Source: an uncultured Planctomycetia bacterium (GTDB taxonomy: Bacteria; Omnitrophota; Gorgyraeia; CAYWPX01). From it: DNA of 64,000 bases. The position numbers and the translations under genes were made by a program. Every line of letters starts with the position of its first letter. Positions within the stretch are counted from its first letter, which is position 1. Location of the stretch: the NCBI GenBank assembly GCA_964460615.1, contig CAYWPX010000009.1, positions 19,509 to 83,508 of the forward strand, in the 5' to 3' direction. The notes beneath the pieces were generated by a model that had not been told where the DNA came from, did not search any database, and saw only the letters and a list, made by a program, of their open reading frames with translations. Of this stretch, positions 35,571 through 46,664 are shown one piece after another.

Positions 35571-37997
35571 TTAGAATCCCCTGCTTACGCTAAAATAAAA
35601 TCTCGGCTTCTTCTTTTCTCCTTCAAGATTACTTAAAGGATACCCTAGATCTAGGCTGACCGGGCCGATCGGCGTCTTTACCCTTACGCCAACACCGGTC
35701 CCATATTTTAGGCTCGAGGAAGCAAAGTTGCTGGCCTTTTCCCAGACATTACCGCCGTCAAAAAATACAGCGCCTTTTAAAAGCTTCTCATATATAGGAA
35801 AAGTTACCTCAGCATTTGCTACAAACATAGAATTACCACCAACAAAATCTCCGGTAAGAGGGTCTTTCGGGCCGACGCTTCTTTCCTTATAACCTCTGAT
35901 AGTATACTGGCCTCCGGCAAAAAATCTTTCATAAATAGGAACGTCGTTTGAACCGCTGAATTTATTGGCAAATCCACCTTGCCCTTTAAGCTGGAAAACA
36001 ATCTTTTCAAAAAGGCTGTAGTAGTATTCTCCCGAAGCAAAATATTTATAAAAATTCTTGTCGCCTCCAAGAAAACCTCCGGTCTCCTGAAATGAAGTGG
36101 CCAAATAATAACCTCTTGTGGGATTATATATATTGTCCCTTTTATCATACGACAATGAAGGGATAAGGCTGCTGATAGTATTCTTTCCTTCTTCATTCAA
36201 AAGTGCCTGCGATGCGCCGGAATCTATATCGTTGATATTCACCTCTTCGAGCTTGTACGTCAAATTGCCTCTAAAAGCATCCGTAAACTCCTTACCGAGC
36301 CTTACGTCTCCGCCGGTTGTGGTCTCATTATAGGCATAACCAACTGCCTTATCATGCATTCTTCTATAGGCATCAAAACCAAATTCGTAAGGGAACCCCA
36401 ACACCCAGGGGTCCGTCCAGCTAAGTTCATAATTCTGCCTGACAGTACTTACCTCGGCTCTAATATTCAAGCGCTGTCCGGCTCCGGTAAAGGTAGGGAA
36501 ATTCAATAGATCAAAATTTTTCTGGGCCACTTCAGCAAAACCAAGGAACGCATCCACTGAACTATAGCCACCACCAAAGCTAAATTCACCCGTCTTAGTC
36601 TCTTTTACATTTACTATAAGATTTTTTTTGTTAGGCTCACTGCCTGATTCGGTGTCAAAAGATACCTCGTCAAAATAACCCAGATTATAAAGTCTTTCTT
36701 TAGATCTTCTTATTTTCGAACCGTCAAATTTTTCCCCGGGGAAAAACCTTAATTCACGCCTGACTACGACATCTTTTGTCCTGATGTTACCCTTTATCTT
36801 TATCTTATCGATGTACGTAAGGTCATTCTCAACAACTGAATAAAAGATCTCGATCTTGGCATTGTCTTTATCTACCGCTATGTCAGAGTTCAGCTCACAA
36901 GACATGTAACCCCTGTCATAATAATATTGCTGGAGATAATCAATATCCATTCTCATACCTTCGTTTGAGAAAGGCTTACCCTCTTTCATCTTAATGTGTT
37001 TCCTGATATCTGACTCAGGAAAAATTTTATTTCCGGTAATATTTACTTTTTTGACAGTATATTTTTTGCCTTCCGTCACATTAATAGTTACGAAAAGCAG
37101 GTCCTTTTTTTCATTATATTTTAAGTCAGGGTCTATCATGACATCCAGATACCCGGCGCTTTCATAGAAGGCCTTCAGCTTATCAATATCCGCCTCAAAA
37201 ACCTCTTCTTTGAAGAATCCTGATATCCAAAGCCAATGCGGCCTTGTTGTCATGACCTTTAGAAGTTCTTTGGATCTGATCGCCTTATTCCCTTTGAAAG
37301 TTATTGATTTTACGATAACCTTGGACTTTTCATCAATAATAATATGAATAGCCGCTCTGTTAGTCTCTTCATTTAGTTTAACTTCATAATTTATGTCCGT
37401 AAGCGGAAAACCCTTCTTTTCATATAATTTCTTAAGCTCTATTATGTCTGACTTCAACTTCCCAAGGTCCAACATCTCTTCAGGCGCGGACTTCATCTCT
37501 TTTTTTAAGACCTTCTCCTTTATCGCCCTATTGCCTTCGAACACTATGGAATCAATAACCGGTTTTTCCGTTACCTTAAAAATTACCTTGATACCGTCAT
37601 CAAAATCAGAGACATCTATTGCAATATCCGTAAAATACCCCAAATTATACAACCTTTTAAGGTCATCATTAAGAATGTCCTGTGAAAAAACATCCCCGGG
37701 CCTGATCTTTATTTTTGCTATTATAGTGCTGGAAGAGATAGACTTGTTGCCGTCAACATCGACAACCTTGATGATTTTAACTTGAGGTTTTTTTGTTTCA
37801 ATTAAGTTAGAACTCTCGTTACCATTGGAAGTTGCCTCTGATGAGTTCACAGGCTTAGGGTTATCGGCCTTAGCGCCCAGGTTAATGTCATTAGCACTAT
37901 TATTATTTAATTGCGCTGAATCTTCAGAGAAGGAGTTTGTGCTTAAGCTAAAAAATATGAATATACCTGTTACAATTGCAAAAAACTTTTTTCCCAT
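35571..37997 (-). CDS. bamA: outer membrane protein assembly factor BamA
   Basis: 808 aa. Signal peptide, five POTRA repeats, C-terminal Omp85 beta-barrel ending in aromatic F. Confidence 0.9.
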   Translation of the reverse strand: MGKKFFAIVTGIFIFFSLSTNSFSEDSAQLNNNSANDINLGAKADNPKPVNSSEATSNGNESSNLIETKKPQVKIIKVVDVDGNKSISSSTIIAKIKIRPGDVFSQDILNDDLKRLYNLGYFTDIAIDVSDFDDGIKVIFKVTEKPVIDSIVFEGNRAIKEKVLKKEMKSAPEEMLDLGKLKSDIIELKKLYEKKGFPLTDINYEVKLNEETNRAAIHIIIDEKSKVIVKSITFKGNKAIRSKELLKVMTTRPHWLWISGFFKEEVFEADIDKLKAFYESAGYLDVMIDPDLKYNEKKDLLFVTINVTEGKKYTVKKVNITGNKIFPESDIRKHIKMKEGKPFSNEGMRMDIDYLQQYYYDRGYMSCELNSDIAVDKDNAKIEIFYSVVENDLTYIDKIKIKGNIRTKDVVVRRELRFFPGEKFDGSKIRRSKERLYNLGYFDEVSFDTESGSEPNKKNLIVNVKETKTGEFSFGGGYSSVDAFLGFAEVAQKNFDLLNFPTFTGAGQRLNIRAEVSTVRQNYELSWTDPWVLGFPYEFGFDAYRRMHDKAVGYAYNETTTGGDVRLGKEFTDAFRGNLTYKLEEVNINDIDSGASQALLNEEGKNTISSLIPSLSYDKRDNIYNPTRGYYLATSFQETGGFLGGDKNFYKYFASGEYYYSLFEKIVFQLKGQGGFANKFSGSNDVPIYERFFAGGQYTIRGYKERSVGPKDPLTGDFVGGNSMFVANAEVTFPIYEKLLKGAVFFDGGNVWEKASNFASSSLKYGTGVGVRVKTPIGPVSLDLGYPLSNLEGEKKKPRFYFSVSRGF

Positions 37998-38026
37998 ATT
38001 TTCCTTTGGTAATATTATTAAAAGTC

Positions 38027-39373
38027 TTACATCTCTCTTTTTGAAAGATTCTCAAATCTTGTAAATTCATTTATAAATGCTAATTTTACGGTTCCTACCG
38101 GGCCATTACGCTGTTTTGCTATTATCGCTTCAGCAAGTCCTTTATTCTCTTCGGTAGGATTGTAATACTCTTCTCTTAATAAAAACACTACGAGGTCCGC
38201 ATCCTGTTCAATTGCCCCTGATTCCCTCAGGTCGGAAAGCTGCGGCCTATGACCCTCTCTGGATTCTACGCCTCGTGAAAGCTGGCTTACCGCGATTACC
38301 GGAACTTTGATCTCTCTTGCTAAAGCCTTAAGGGAGCGGGTGATATCGGATATCTCCTGCTGCCTATTTTCGGATCTTTGTTTTCCCTGTAACAACTGCA
38401 AATAGTCAAGGATCAATAACTGAATATCATATTGAGCTTTAAGCCGCCTTGCTTTGGCCCGAAGCTGTAACACTGTTACATTGGAGCTATCGTCAATATA
38501 AATAGGAGCTTCGGAAAGCTTGCCTGCGGCATTGACCAGGCGAGGCCAGTCGGATTGGCTAAGAAAACCGGTCCTGACCTTATGAGCGTTTACTTTCGCA
38601 TGTGAACAGAGCATCCTCTGAACCAGCTGTTCTTTTGACATTTCAAGGCTGAAAAAAGCGATCGGTTTTTTTTCAACAACCCCGGCAAATTCCGCCATGC
38701 ATGTAACAAAAGCTGACTTACCCATGGATGGCCTTCCCGCTACTATCACTAGATCAGATGGTTGTAAGCCGGCTGTCATGATATCAAACTCATGAAAACC
38801 GGTCGCAATACCTGTAATATTTTCTTTTCTCTGGTAAAGATTGTCTATGGACTCAATGCTGTCTTTTATAATATCTTTTATCGAAGCAGCATTATTCTCG
38901 ATGGTGCGACTCGTGATATCAAAGATCATCTGTTCAGCCTTGTCCAAAAGGCCGTCAACCTCTTTCTCCGTCTCAAAAGCATCGGTAACAATCTGCGTGG
39001 CGGTCGAAATTAGGTGTCTAAGGATATATTTTTCTTTGATTATCTGGGCGTAATGCTCAATATTGGCGGCTGTAGGTACGCTGGAGACAAGACTTGTAAG
39101 GTATGAGGCCCCTCCGATATCTTCGAGTGAGCCTGATTTTTTGAGCTCTTCGATAAGAGTAACAAGATCTACTGCTTTGCTTTTTAGATAAAGACTGGTT
39201 ATAGCAAGAAAAATTCTGCGGTGGGCTTCTTTATAGAAAACCTTTTCGTCAATAACCTCTATGGCTTTCCCGATGGCCTCCTCCTCTATGAGCATAGACC
39301 CTAAAACCGCGATCTCTGCCTCAATACTCTGAGGAGGAACTTTATCTAACTTATTTTCTAAAATTGACTCCAT
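38027..39373 (-). CDS. dnaB: replicative DNA helicase
   Basis: 448 aa. Walker A GRPSMGKS, DnaB N-terminal and C-terminal domains. Confidence 0.95.
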   Translation of the reverse strand: MESILENKLDKVPPQSIEAEIAVLGSMLIEEEAIGKAIEVIDEKVFYKEAHRRIFLAITSLYLKSKAVDLVTLIEELKKSGSLEDIGGASYLTSLVSSVPTAANIEHYAQIIKEKYILRHLISTATQIVTDAFETEKEVDGLLDKAEQMIFDITSRTIENNAASIKDIIKDSIESIDNLYQRKENITGIATGFHEFDIMTAGLQPSDLVIVAGRPSMGKSAFVTCMAEFAGVVEKKPIAFFSLEMSKEQLVQRMLCSHAKVNAHKVRTGFLSQSDWPRLVNAAGKLSEAPIYIDDSSNVTVLQLRAKARRLKAQYDIQLLILDYLQLLQGKQRSENRQQEISDITRSLKALAREIKVPVIAVSQLSRGVESREGHRPQLSDLRESGAIEQDADLVVFLLREEYYNPTEENKGLAEAIIAKQRNGPVGTVKLAFINEFTRFENLSKREM

Positions 39374-39432
39374 AGTATTAAAAAAAATTCCTCGAGGGAC
39401 TGGCCTGTTTAACCAAAAAGTTTAAATATCGA

Positions 39433-39876
39433 TCAACCCTTGACTACCCAGAACTTCAAGTCTGCAGTAACTTCAGGATGTAGTTTAATTTTTGCTTCGT
39501 ATTCACCAAGCTTATTTACTGAATCAGGAACGGAGATCTGCTTCTTATCAACTTTGATCCCCTCGCTTAAAAGCGCTTTCGCGATATCATCTGAGGTAAC
39601 AGAACCGTATATCTTATCTTCTTCACCGACACTGGCCTGAATAGTGCAAGAGATGCCGGCCAATTTTGTAACTACTAAAAGCGCGTTCTCTTTTTCCTTG
39701 GCCTTCTGGATGTCTCTTCTTTTCTTTTCAGCTTCAATTACCTTAAGATTTTCAGCGGTCGCAAGCATGGCTAATTTATTAGGAATAAGATAATTTCTGG
39801 CGAAACCATCCTTAACGTCTACTACCTCCCACGCCTTGCCAATGCTTTTTATATCATCTTTTAGAATAACTTTCAT
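39433..39876 (-). CDS. rplI: 50S ribosomal protein L9
   Basis: 147 aa, L9 N-terminal and C-terminal domains. Confidence 0.9.
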   Translation of the reverse strand: MKVILKDDIKSIGKAWEVVDVKDGFARNYLIPNKLAMLATAENLKVIEAEKKRRDIQKAKEKENALLVVTKLAGISCTIQASVGEEDKIYGSVTSDDIAKALLSEGIKVDKKQISVPDSVNKLGEYEAKIKLHPEVTADLKFWVVKG

Positions 39877-39886
39877 GTCTTGCCCC

Positions 39887-40156
39887 CTATTCCGCTACAA
39901 AAGGCAAAAAAGCGACCATTCTTGAGATCTTAATAGCTCGAGCTATCATTCTCTGGTGTTTCGCGCAATTGCCGGAGATTCTCGATGGAAGGATTTTCCC
40001 TCTTTCGGTTACAAACTTCTGGATTCTTGCAGTATCTTTATAGTCAACACTATGTACCTTATCCTGGCAGAATCTGCAGAATTTTTTCTTAAAGACCTTT
40101 TTTTCTCTGGCCTTCTTAAATTTTGTTTTATCTTTAAAATCTTTTTTTACGAACAT
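39887..40156 (-). CDS. rpsR: 30S ribosomal protein S18
   Basis: 89 aa, S18 signature region. Confidence 0.9.
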   Translation of the reverse strand: MFVKKDFKDKTKFKKAREKKVFKKKFCRFCQDKVHSVDYKDTARIQKFVTERGKILPSRISGNCAKHQRMIARAIKISRMVAFLPFVAE

Positions 40157-40279
40157 TATTCCTCCATTTTACTTTTACTATTGCCTCTAATTCATTCTAC
40201 TCAACTAGAATACCCTTGATCAAAATCAGGTATCATTTATTTTATCGGCCCCCGCCTCATTTGAAAATTCGCAGGGCCC

Positions 40280-40738
40280 TTAAAAAGGAATTTCATCCTT
40301 AGAGCTATCTTTAGAAGACCCTTCTTCGAGCGGAATATCTTCAGACATGTCAATAGAATCGCTTGAAGCGTCACTTGCTGGCGCTTTTGCTCCCTGCTGA
40401 GCTCCTTGAGCCCTGCCTAAAAATTGGATCCTATCGGCCCTGACCTCAAGAGTGCTCCTTTTTTCACCGTTGGCGCCGTCCCATGCTCTATACATAAGCC
40501 TGCCTTCAATGAATATGGGGCTTCCCTTTGAGAGATACTCTCCGCAAAGCTCAGCAGTCCTGCCCCAAGCAACTACTCTGATAAAACAGGTCTCCTGTTT
40601 CTTCTCACCCTGTTGGGTATTGTAAATGCTGTTGACAGCCAGTCCAAGCGTTGCTACCGCTGTACCGCTGGGCACATAACGAAGCTCAGGGTCTCTGGTT
40701 AAATTTCCGATCAAAAGAACCTTGTTCAAATTAGCCAT
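40280..40738 (-). CDS. ssb: single-stranded DNA-binding protein
   Basis: 152 aa. OB fold, acidic C-terminal tail ending DEIPF. Confidence 0.95.
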   Translation of the reverse strand: MANLNKVLLIGNLTRDPELRYVPSGTAVATLGLAVNSIYNTQQGEKKQETCFIRVVAWGRTAELCGEYLSKGSPIFIEGRLMYRAWDGANGEKRSTLEVRADRIQFLGRAQGAQQGAKAPASDASSDSIDMSEDIPLEEGSSKDSSKDEIPF

Positions 40739-40820
40739 AATACACCTCTTTTTACGAACACAACTATTACTTATCTCAATCTCTATTTATTGTAACAACA
40801 TAAAGAATAGCGATGTAATA

Positions 40821-41117
40821 TTATGCCGTAACTTCTTCTTTAGCTATTATAATAAACCTTATGATATTTATATTAAGGTAGAGCGCTTTCTTCAGCTCCG
40901 CTACTAATGAAGTCTTTGAATCAAACTCTATCCTATAATAATTTCCTTCACGGCATTTTTTGATCTTATAGGCAAGTTTTCTTTTGCCCATCTTCTCGGA
41001 ATTGACTATATTGCCGGAACCTTTTTTAATAAGCTCCATAATCCCGGAGAATATATCATCCGCATCTTTATCATTTAAAGCCGGATTTACGATAAATATT
41101 CCTTCATAAGCTTTCAA
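40821..41117 (-). CDS. rpsF: 30S ribosomal protein S6
   Basis: 98 aa, S6 family. Confidence 0.9.
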   Translation of the reverse strand: MKAYEGIFIVNPALNDKDADDIFSGIMELIKKGSGNIVNSEKMGKRKLAYKIKKCREGNYYRIEFDSKTSLVAELKKALYLNINIIRFIIIAKEEVTA

Positions 41118-41176
41118 CTCTAATCACCTCACTTTTTTATCCTATCACAGAATCCTGTTTCCTGCAATATTAACTA

Positions 41177-41752
41177 TTAGATTTCTATTTTATGGCCGTT
41201 ATACTTGGCCATACTCTCTTTGATCCCCTCTTTGATCCATAAGCTGATCGCATCGGTCGAAACGTCAAGTACGCTATCCAGGATCTTCAGCTCGCTTTTC
41301 TTAAAATTCTCAAGCACAAAATCGCTTAAGTCCATTTTTTCCGGTTTTGGGCCGACTCCGATCCTTAGCCTTGAAAAATCATCACTGCCAATGGTTGCTA
41401 TAACGGACTTTAGCCCGTTATGACCGCCTGCCGAGCCGCTTTCCCTGAGCCTCAAAGTACCGAGCTCAATGTGAATATCATCAGAGATTATAAGAAGGTC
41501 CTCTAAATTTATTCCTTCTTTAACAATAAGCTGCTTAACGGCATTTCCCGATAAGTTCATAAAAGTTAACGGGAAAAGAAGTATAATATCTTCTCCGTCA
41601 AATTTCGTTTTTGCAAAGATCGAATTGTATCTCGTTTTATTTAAAGGTACTTCATAACGTTCGGCAAACCTTGCCACTGCCAAAAAACCAGCGTTGTGCC
41701 TCGTATGCAGATAATCTTTGCCCGGATTTCCTAGGCCTATAAGAGCTTTCAC
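41177..41752 (-). CDS. pth: peptidyl-tRNA hydrolase
   Basis: 191 aa. GLGNPG...HNAGF motifs. Confidence 0.95.
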   Translation of the reverse strand: MKALIGLGNPGKDYLHTRHNAGFLAVARFAERYEVPLNKTRYNSIFAKTKFDGEDIILLFPLTFMNLSGNAVKQLIVKEGINLEDLLIISDDIHIELGTLRLRESGSAGGHNGLKSVIATIGSDDFSRLRIGVGPKPEKMDLSDFVLENFKKSELKILDSVLDVSTDAISLWIKEGIKESMAKYNGHKIEI

Positions 41753-42465
41753 TATTTCTTCTCTTCTTTTGCCTCTGGCTTTTTCTTTTCTTCTTCGCCT
41801 TCTTCGCCTTCTTTAGCAACTTTTTCTTTCCTGATAAGTTCCGGCTCGACTGCGCCCTCGACAACTTCTTCTTTCGGTTTTTCAACGATCGGATGCTCGA
41901 CCATCAATACCCTGATCTCAGGATCATTCAAGATCTTAATTGAATCTTTTACTTTGAGGTCCTTTACAAATATCGAATCACCGATCTTCAATTGAGCTAT
42001 ATCAACTTCTATCTTTTCCGGTATCTCCGTAGGTAAGCATTCAACATGTACTTTCCAAAGCAGTTTCTCGAGTATACCTTTATCCTGAGTGACACCTATC
42101 GCTTCGCCTCTTGTAACAATCGGGACTTCAACCTTGATACGCTCGCTAAGAGATATCTCTATAAAATCCACATGAAGCACCAGGTCCTTAAAAGGATGGC
42201 GCTGTATATCTTTTATAAGAACAGTCTTATCGGCAATTTTACTTTTTGTTTCTTTGGAAGGTTCCAGTTTAAGGTCTATGATCGCATTGGACCCGGCTTT
42301 GGTGTGCGTCACTTTAGCAAAGTCCTTTGGATCAAGTTGAATACTAAGCGCCTCTTCGCCGCCCTTGTAAACAACGGCAGGAATAATATTCTGCGCCCTT
42401 AAGGTCTTGACACCTTTTTTCCCTTTTAGATCACGTACTTCGGCTTTTAATTGCAATCGTTCCAT
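41752..42465 (-). CDS. rplY: 50S ribosomal protein L25 / general stress protein Ctc (with Lys/Glu-rich C-terminal tail)
   Basis: 237 aa. L25 N-terminal beta-barrel + Ctc C-terminal domain. Confidence 0.9.
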   Translation of the reverse strand: MERLQLKAEVRDLKGKKGVKTLRAQNIIPAVVYKGGEEALSIQLDPKDFAKVTHTKAGSNAIIDLKLEPSKETKSKIADKTVLIKDIQRHPFKDLVLHVDFIEISLSERIKVEVPIVTRGEAIGVTQDKGILEKLLWKVHVECLPTEIPEKIEVDIAQLKIGDSIFVKDLKVKDSIKILNDPEIRVLMVEHPIVEKPKEEVVEGAVEPELIRKEKVAKEGEEGEEEKKKPEAKEEKK

Positions 42466-42493
42466 TTAATTTGTTCCTCCAATCAACGTTTCT

Positions 42494-43444
42494 TTAAATA
42501 GATGAATCAAATAAACTGCTTATCGATTCCTCATTATGAATTCTCTTTATCGCCTCACCTAGAAGCGGAGCTATTGAGAGAACTTTTATTTTTGGGTCCT
42601 TTTTTGTATCATCAAGTGGTATGGTATTGCAAACCACGAGTTCTTTTAGGTCTGATTTCCTCACTCTTTCCATCGCAGGCCCGGATAATATCGGGTGAGT
42701 AATAGCGGCATAAATATCTTTGGCGCCGTGTTTTTTCAAGGCAGCAGCAGCCTCTACCAGGGATCCTGCCGTAGCGACGATATCGTCAACTATCACTACG
42801 TTCCTATTTTTCACTTCACCCATAATATTCATTACTTCAATTTCGGCATCATTCATCCTTCTTTTGTCTACGACAGCCAGATCTGATTTAAATTTTTTTG
42901 CAAACGCCCTTGCGGTCTTCACCCCGCCGACATCCGGAGAAACAACTACGAGGTCCTTTAACTGCAGTTTTGAAAAATAATCAAAAAATACATTCGACGC
43001 AAATAGGTGGTCTAATGGTATGTCAAAAAAACCCTGCAACTGCGGGGCATGGAGATCTATCGTTAAAACCCTATGCGCGCCAGCAGCCGTAATAATATTG
43101 GCTACCAATTTCGCCGTTATAGGGACCCTTGGCTGGTCCTTTCTGTCTTGCCTTGCATAACCAAAATACGGGAGCACTGCCGTGATCCTTTTTGCCGACG
43201 CCCTTCTTAAAGCATCGATCATAATAAGGAGCTCCATAATATTTTCATTAACCGGCGGGCATGTCGGCTGTACTAAAAAAACATCCTTGCCTCTTACGTC
43301 CTGATTCAGCTTAACCCTGATCTCTCCCTCGCTAAACCTATCTACCATTGCATCTCCGAGAGGGATACTAAGATAATCGCATAGCTCTTTAGCTAAAGCC
43401 CTGTTTCCATTCCCGCTAAAAACCAATAGTCCGTTAAATTTCAT
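42494..43444 (-). CDS. prs: ribose-phosphate pyrophosphokinase
   Basis: 316 aa. PRPP-binding DLHAPQ and VVSPDVGG motifs. Confidence 0.95.
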   Translation of the reverse strand: MKFNGLLVFSGNGNRALAKELCDYLSIPLGDAMVDRFSEGEIRVKLNQDVRGKDVFLVQPTCPPVNENIMELLIMIDALRRASAKRITAVLPYFGYARQDRKDQPRVPITAKLVANIITAAGAHRVLTIDLHAPQLQGFFDIPLDHLFASNVFFDYFSKLQLKDLVVVSPDVGGVKTARAFAKKFKSDLAVVDKRRMNDAEIEVMNIMGEVKNRNVVIVDDIVATAGSLVEAAAALKKHGAKDIYAAITHPILSGPAMERVRKSDLKELVVCNTIPLDDTKKDPKIKVLSIAPLLGEAIKRIHNEESISSLFDSSI

Positions 43445-43474
43445 AAATTTGTCCTTTTTATTATGGAAAAATTA

Positions 43475-44737
43475 TTATCTCTTTTTTTTAATGGGTTTAG
43501 CGGGTATACCGACTACTATTCCGCCGTTTGGAACATTTTTATTCTTTGTCACAACTGACCCGGCGCCGGTTACGGCACTTTTTCCTATTTTGACCGGCGC
43601 GATCAAAACTGTACCGCTTCCGATGAAAGAATTATCGCCTATTTCTGTTTTGGATTTATTCTTTCCGTCATAATTGGCAACTATAGTCCCGCATCCGATG
43701 TTAACGGAATTCCCGACTTCAGCATCGCCAAGATAGGTATGATGCTTAACTTTTGAATTCTCGCCGACCTTAGTCCTTACAACTTCAACAAAATTTCCTA
43801 TTTCGGAATTATCCGCAATGGATGAGCCCGGCCTGATCCTTGCAAAAGGCCCTATCTTGCAATTTTTCCCTATTATTACTCCCGATTCTATGATGGTATG
43901 AGAATAAATAATGGAATCTATGCCGATCTTAACATTACTGGCGATATAGGTATTAGCCGGATCTTTTATTGTAACACCGCTAAGCATGAAGGAATCGAGG
44001 ACCCTGCGCCTTGTAACGCTCTCTGCCTTTGCTAACTCAATACGCGAATTTATACCTATGATCTCATCAGTATCTTTTGTTGTATATGTCTCGATCTTTT
44101 TACCGGATCTAGCAATTATACCGATAGTATCGGTAAGAAAATATTCGTTCTTTTTATTATTATTTTTAACCATTGAAAGGGCCTTAAATAGGTCCTTTGA
44201 CTTATAAAAATAAGCCCCTACATTTATCTCTTCAATGGCCTTTTCAAAAATAGTTGCGTCTAACTCTTCGGTGATCTTTATAACTCTGCCCTCATCGTCC
44301 CTGACGATCCTCCCGTAGCTGGTAGGATCTTTTAAAAAAGTAGTGAGAATTGTGCAAGAACTTTTGGTTGACCTGTGGGCATTGAGTAATTCTCTGATAG
44401 TCTCTTCTTTTACGAGAGGCGCATCACCGCAAAGAACCAGAACATCCCCATCAAAATCCGACAGCTCCGACTTTGCCTGATTCACGGCATCGCCTGAACC
44501 AAGAAGCGATCTCTGGATTACAAATTTAACATTATCCTTAATGGCCTTTTTTACAACTTCGTGCTTATACCCCAGCACTACAATGGTCTTTGCCGCGCCT
44601 ACAGCCTTAGGAAGATCAAGAACATAATCAATCATCGGACGCTCCAATATCTCATGAAGTATTTTAGGCACTTCCGATCTCATTCTTGTCCCACGTCCGG
44701 CAGCAAGTATTACACAGGCTAAAGTCTTATCGTTCAT
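43475..44737 (-). CDS. glmU: bifunctional GlcNAc-1-P uridyltransferase / GlcN-1-P acetyltransferase GlmU-like
   Basis: 420 aa. N-terminal LAAGRGTRM nucleotidyltransferase + C-terminal hexapeptide LbH; glmU-prs order is conserved. Confidence 0.8.
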   Translation of the reverse strand: MNDKTLACVILAAGRGTRMRSEVPKILHEILERPMIDYVLDLPKAVGAAKTIVVLGYKHEVVKKAIKDNVKFVIQRSLLGSGDAVNQAKSELSDFDGDVLVLCGDAPLVKEETIRELLNAHRSTKSSCTILTTFLKDPTSYGRIVRDDEGRVIKITEELDATIFEKAIEEINVGAYFYKSKDLFKALSMVKNNNKKNEYFLTDTIGIIARSGKKIETYTTKDTDEIIGINSRIELAKAESVTRRRVLDSFMLSGVTIKDPANTYIASNVKIGIDSIIYSHTIIESGVIIGKNCKIGPFARIRPGSSIADNSEIGNFVEVVRTKVGENSKVKHHTYLGDAEVGNSVNIGCGTIVANYDGKNKSKTEIGDNSFIGSGTVLIAPVKIGKSAVTGAGSVVTKNKNVPNGGIVVGIPAKPIKKKR

Positions 44738-44739
44738 AA

Positions 44740-46017
44740 TTAGGCGATCTTTTTCTTTTTATCTTTTTTTACAATCAATTCGATCTTTTTTGTATTATTA
44801 ATGATCTTTTCGTCCACAATGCACTCCGTGATACCGCTCTCAGAAGGAAGTTCATACATGGCCTCCAGCATGATTTCCTCCACGATCGACCTAAGGCCTC
44901 TGGCACCGGTTTCTTTATTAATAGCTTCGGTGGCAATCGCCTCTAGCGCATCATCAGTAAATGAAAGTTTTATATTTTCCATTTCAAAGAATTTCTTATA
45001 CTGAGAAACCAGTGAATTTTTTGGTTCAGTAAGAATCTTTATAAGATCATTTTTAGAAAGCGCGCTGAGGGTAGCTATGACAGGGAATCTTCCGATAAAT
45101 TCCGGGATCATGCCGAACTTTACAACATCCCTCGGGTCAACCTTCAAAAGCGCCTCGGCCTGATCAATTTTTTTATTAAGCGCCTTGGCGCCAAACCCTA
45201 TCTCGCCTTTTCCAAGCCTTTTCTCTACGATCTTGTCCAATCCGTTAAAGGTACCGCCGCATATAAAAAGAATATTAGATGTATCAACCTGAATGTACTC
45301 CGCCTGCGGATGCTTTCTCCCTCCGGTAGGAGGAACATTGGCAGTTGTGCCTTCTATGATCTTTAAAAGAGCCTGCTGAACTCCCTCTCCGGATACGTCT
45401 CTTGTGATTGAGACATTCTCCTGGGTCTTGCCTATCTTATCGATCTCATCTATATAAACAATGCCGATCTCGGCTTTCTTGACATCGTTATCCGCAGCCT
45501 GTAAAAGCCTGAGTATTACATTTTCCACATCCTCCCCGACATATCCAGCCTGGGTAAGACTAGTGGCGTCGCTAATGGCAAACGGCACATTCAATATCTT
45601 GGCTAAAGTTCTGGCTAAAAGTGTTTTCCCTGAGCCTGTAGGGCCGATCAAAAGTATATTGGATTTCTCAAGCTCAACATCATCACCCGATTTAGAAGAC
45701 TTTGAAACGATCCTTTTATAATGATTGTAAACTCCTACGGAAAGCTGTCTTTTCGCCCTGTCCTGCCCGACAATATATTTATCGAGTATATTTTTAATTT
45801 CAGAAGGTTTTGGAACATTAGTAAAAAGCGGCTCGGAATCCTTTTTAAGAGGTTTTTCATCTTTAATGAGGATCTTATTGCATAGCTTTACGCAAGCTTC
45901 GCATATAAGTCCTGATTGGCCCTTAAAAAATTTACCGGCTTCATTTTTTGTTCTTCCGCAGAACGAGCATTTTTCCTGTATCATTTGAATATTTACCTCA
46001 TTTCCCTTAATGTCCAA
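44740..46017 (-). CDS. clpX: ATP-dependent Clp protease ATP-binding subunit ClpX
   Basis: 425 aa. N-terminal C4 zinc finger (CSFCGR...CEAC), Walker [12 protein letters not shown]-like loop region. True start may be the internal Met ([11 protein letters not shown]). Confidence 0.95.
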   Translation of the reverse strand: MDIKGNEVNIQMIQEKCSFCGRTKNEAGKFFKGQSGLICEACVKLCNKILIKDEKPLKKDSEPLFTNVPKPSEIKNILDKYIVGQDRAKRQLSVGVYNHYKRIVSKSSKSGDDVELEKSNILLIGPTGSGKTLLARTLAKILNVPFAISDATSLTQAGYVGEDVENVILRLLQAADNDVKKAEIGIVYIDEIDKIGKTQENVSITRDVSGEGVQQALLKIIEGTTANVPPTGGRKHPQAEYIQVDTSNILFICGGTFNGLDKIVEKRLGKGEIGFGAKALNKKIDQAEALLKVDPRDVVKFGMIPEFIGRFPVIATLSALSKNDLIKILTEPKNSLVSQYKKFFEMENIKLSFTDDALEAIATEAINKETGARGLRSIVEEIMLEAMYELPSESGITECIVDEKIINNTKKIELIVKKDKKKKIA

Positions 46018-46150
46018 AAATCTTTTCTAGCTTTCTTAGTAGTAAATTTAAAGGTAAATTCGTTCATTGATTGAAGCCATTCAAGTTTTTTCTTTGGAGA
46101 TATTTTCATAAATTTCAATAAGCGTTCTTTTTCACTTGCATCTTTCAAAA

Positions 46151-46648
46151 TCATCTCATTTCCCTTATCTTTTTTATCTTCTTCAAATTTTCAACGTCGA
46201 CTTTGTCAATGAGACGCCCTGTATTTTTCTTCATCAATATAAGATCATCTAACGATATAACCGGTAAAGCAATGTCACCGCTTTTAATAACCAAACTATT
46301 CTTTTTAGCCTTTTCGTAAGAAAGAGGGGATTTTATTATAATATCAACTTCTTTTAATTCATCTTCTTTATAAAAATTAAAAGCTTTTAAATGTTTATTT
46401 TTAATCCAATCTTCCCGTGTTTTTTTATCCGCCAAACCCATAGGTTCAACGGGTTGTTTAACAATATAACCGTTCTTCTTCAGGATAGTTACAACTTTTG
46501 CAAGATTATCATCACTCATTTCTACAAGTATATCCATATCAAGCGTGCTTCTTAAATATCCCAAAAGATTCAGAGCTATGCCCCCCACTAAAACATACTT
46601 TACTTTCTTTTTCTGAAATGCACGTAATATATTTTCGTAGATTATCAC
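46151..46648 (-). CDS. minimal nucleotidyltransferase-fold protein (MNT-like; G-x12-D-x-D)
   Basis: 165 aa. YVLVGGIALNLLGYLRSTLDMDILV matches the Pol-beta-superfamily NTase core of antitoxin-type MNT proteins. Confidence 0.5.
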   Translation of the reverse strand: MIIYENILRAFQKKKVKYVLVGGIALNLLGYLRSTLDMDILVEMSDDNLAKVVTILKKNGYIVKQPVEPMGLADKKTREDWIKNKHLKAFNFYKEDELKEVDIIIKSPLSYEKAKKNSLVIKSGDIALPVISLDDLILMKKNTGRLIDKVDVENLKKIKKIREMR

Positions 46649-46664
46649 AGCTCTTATTCCTCTA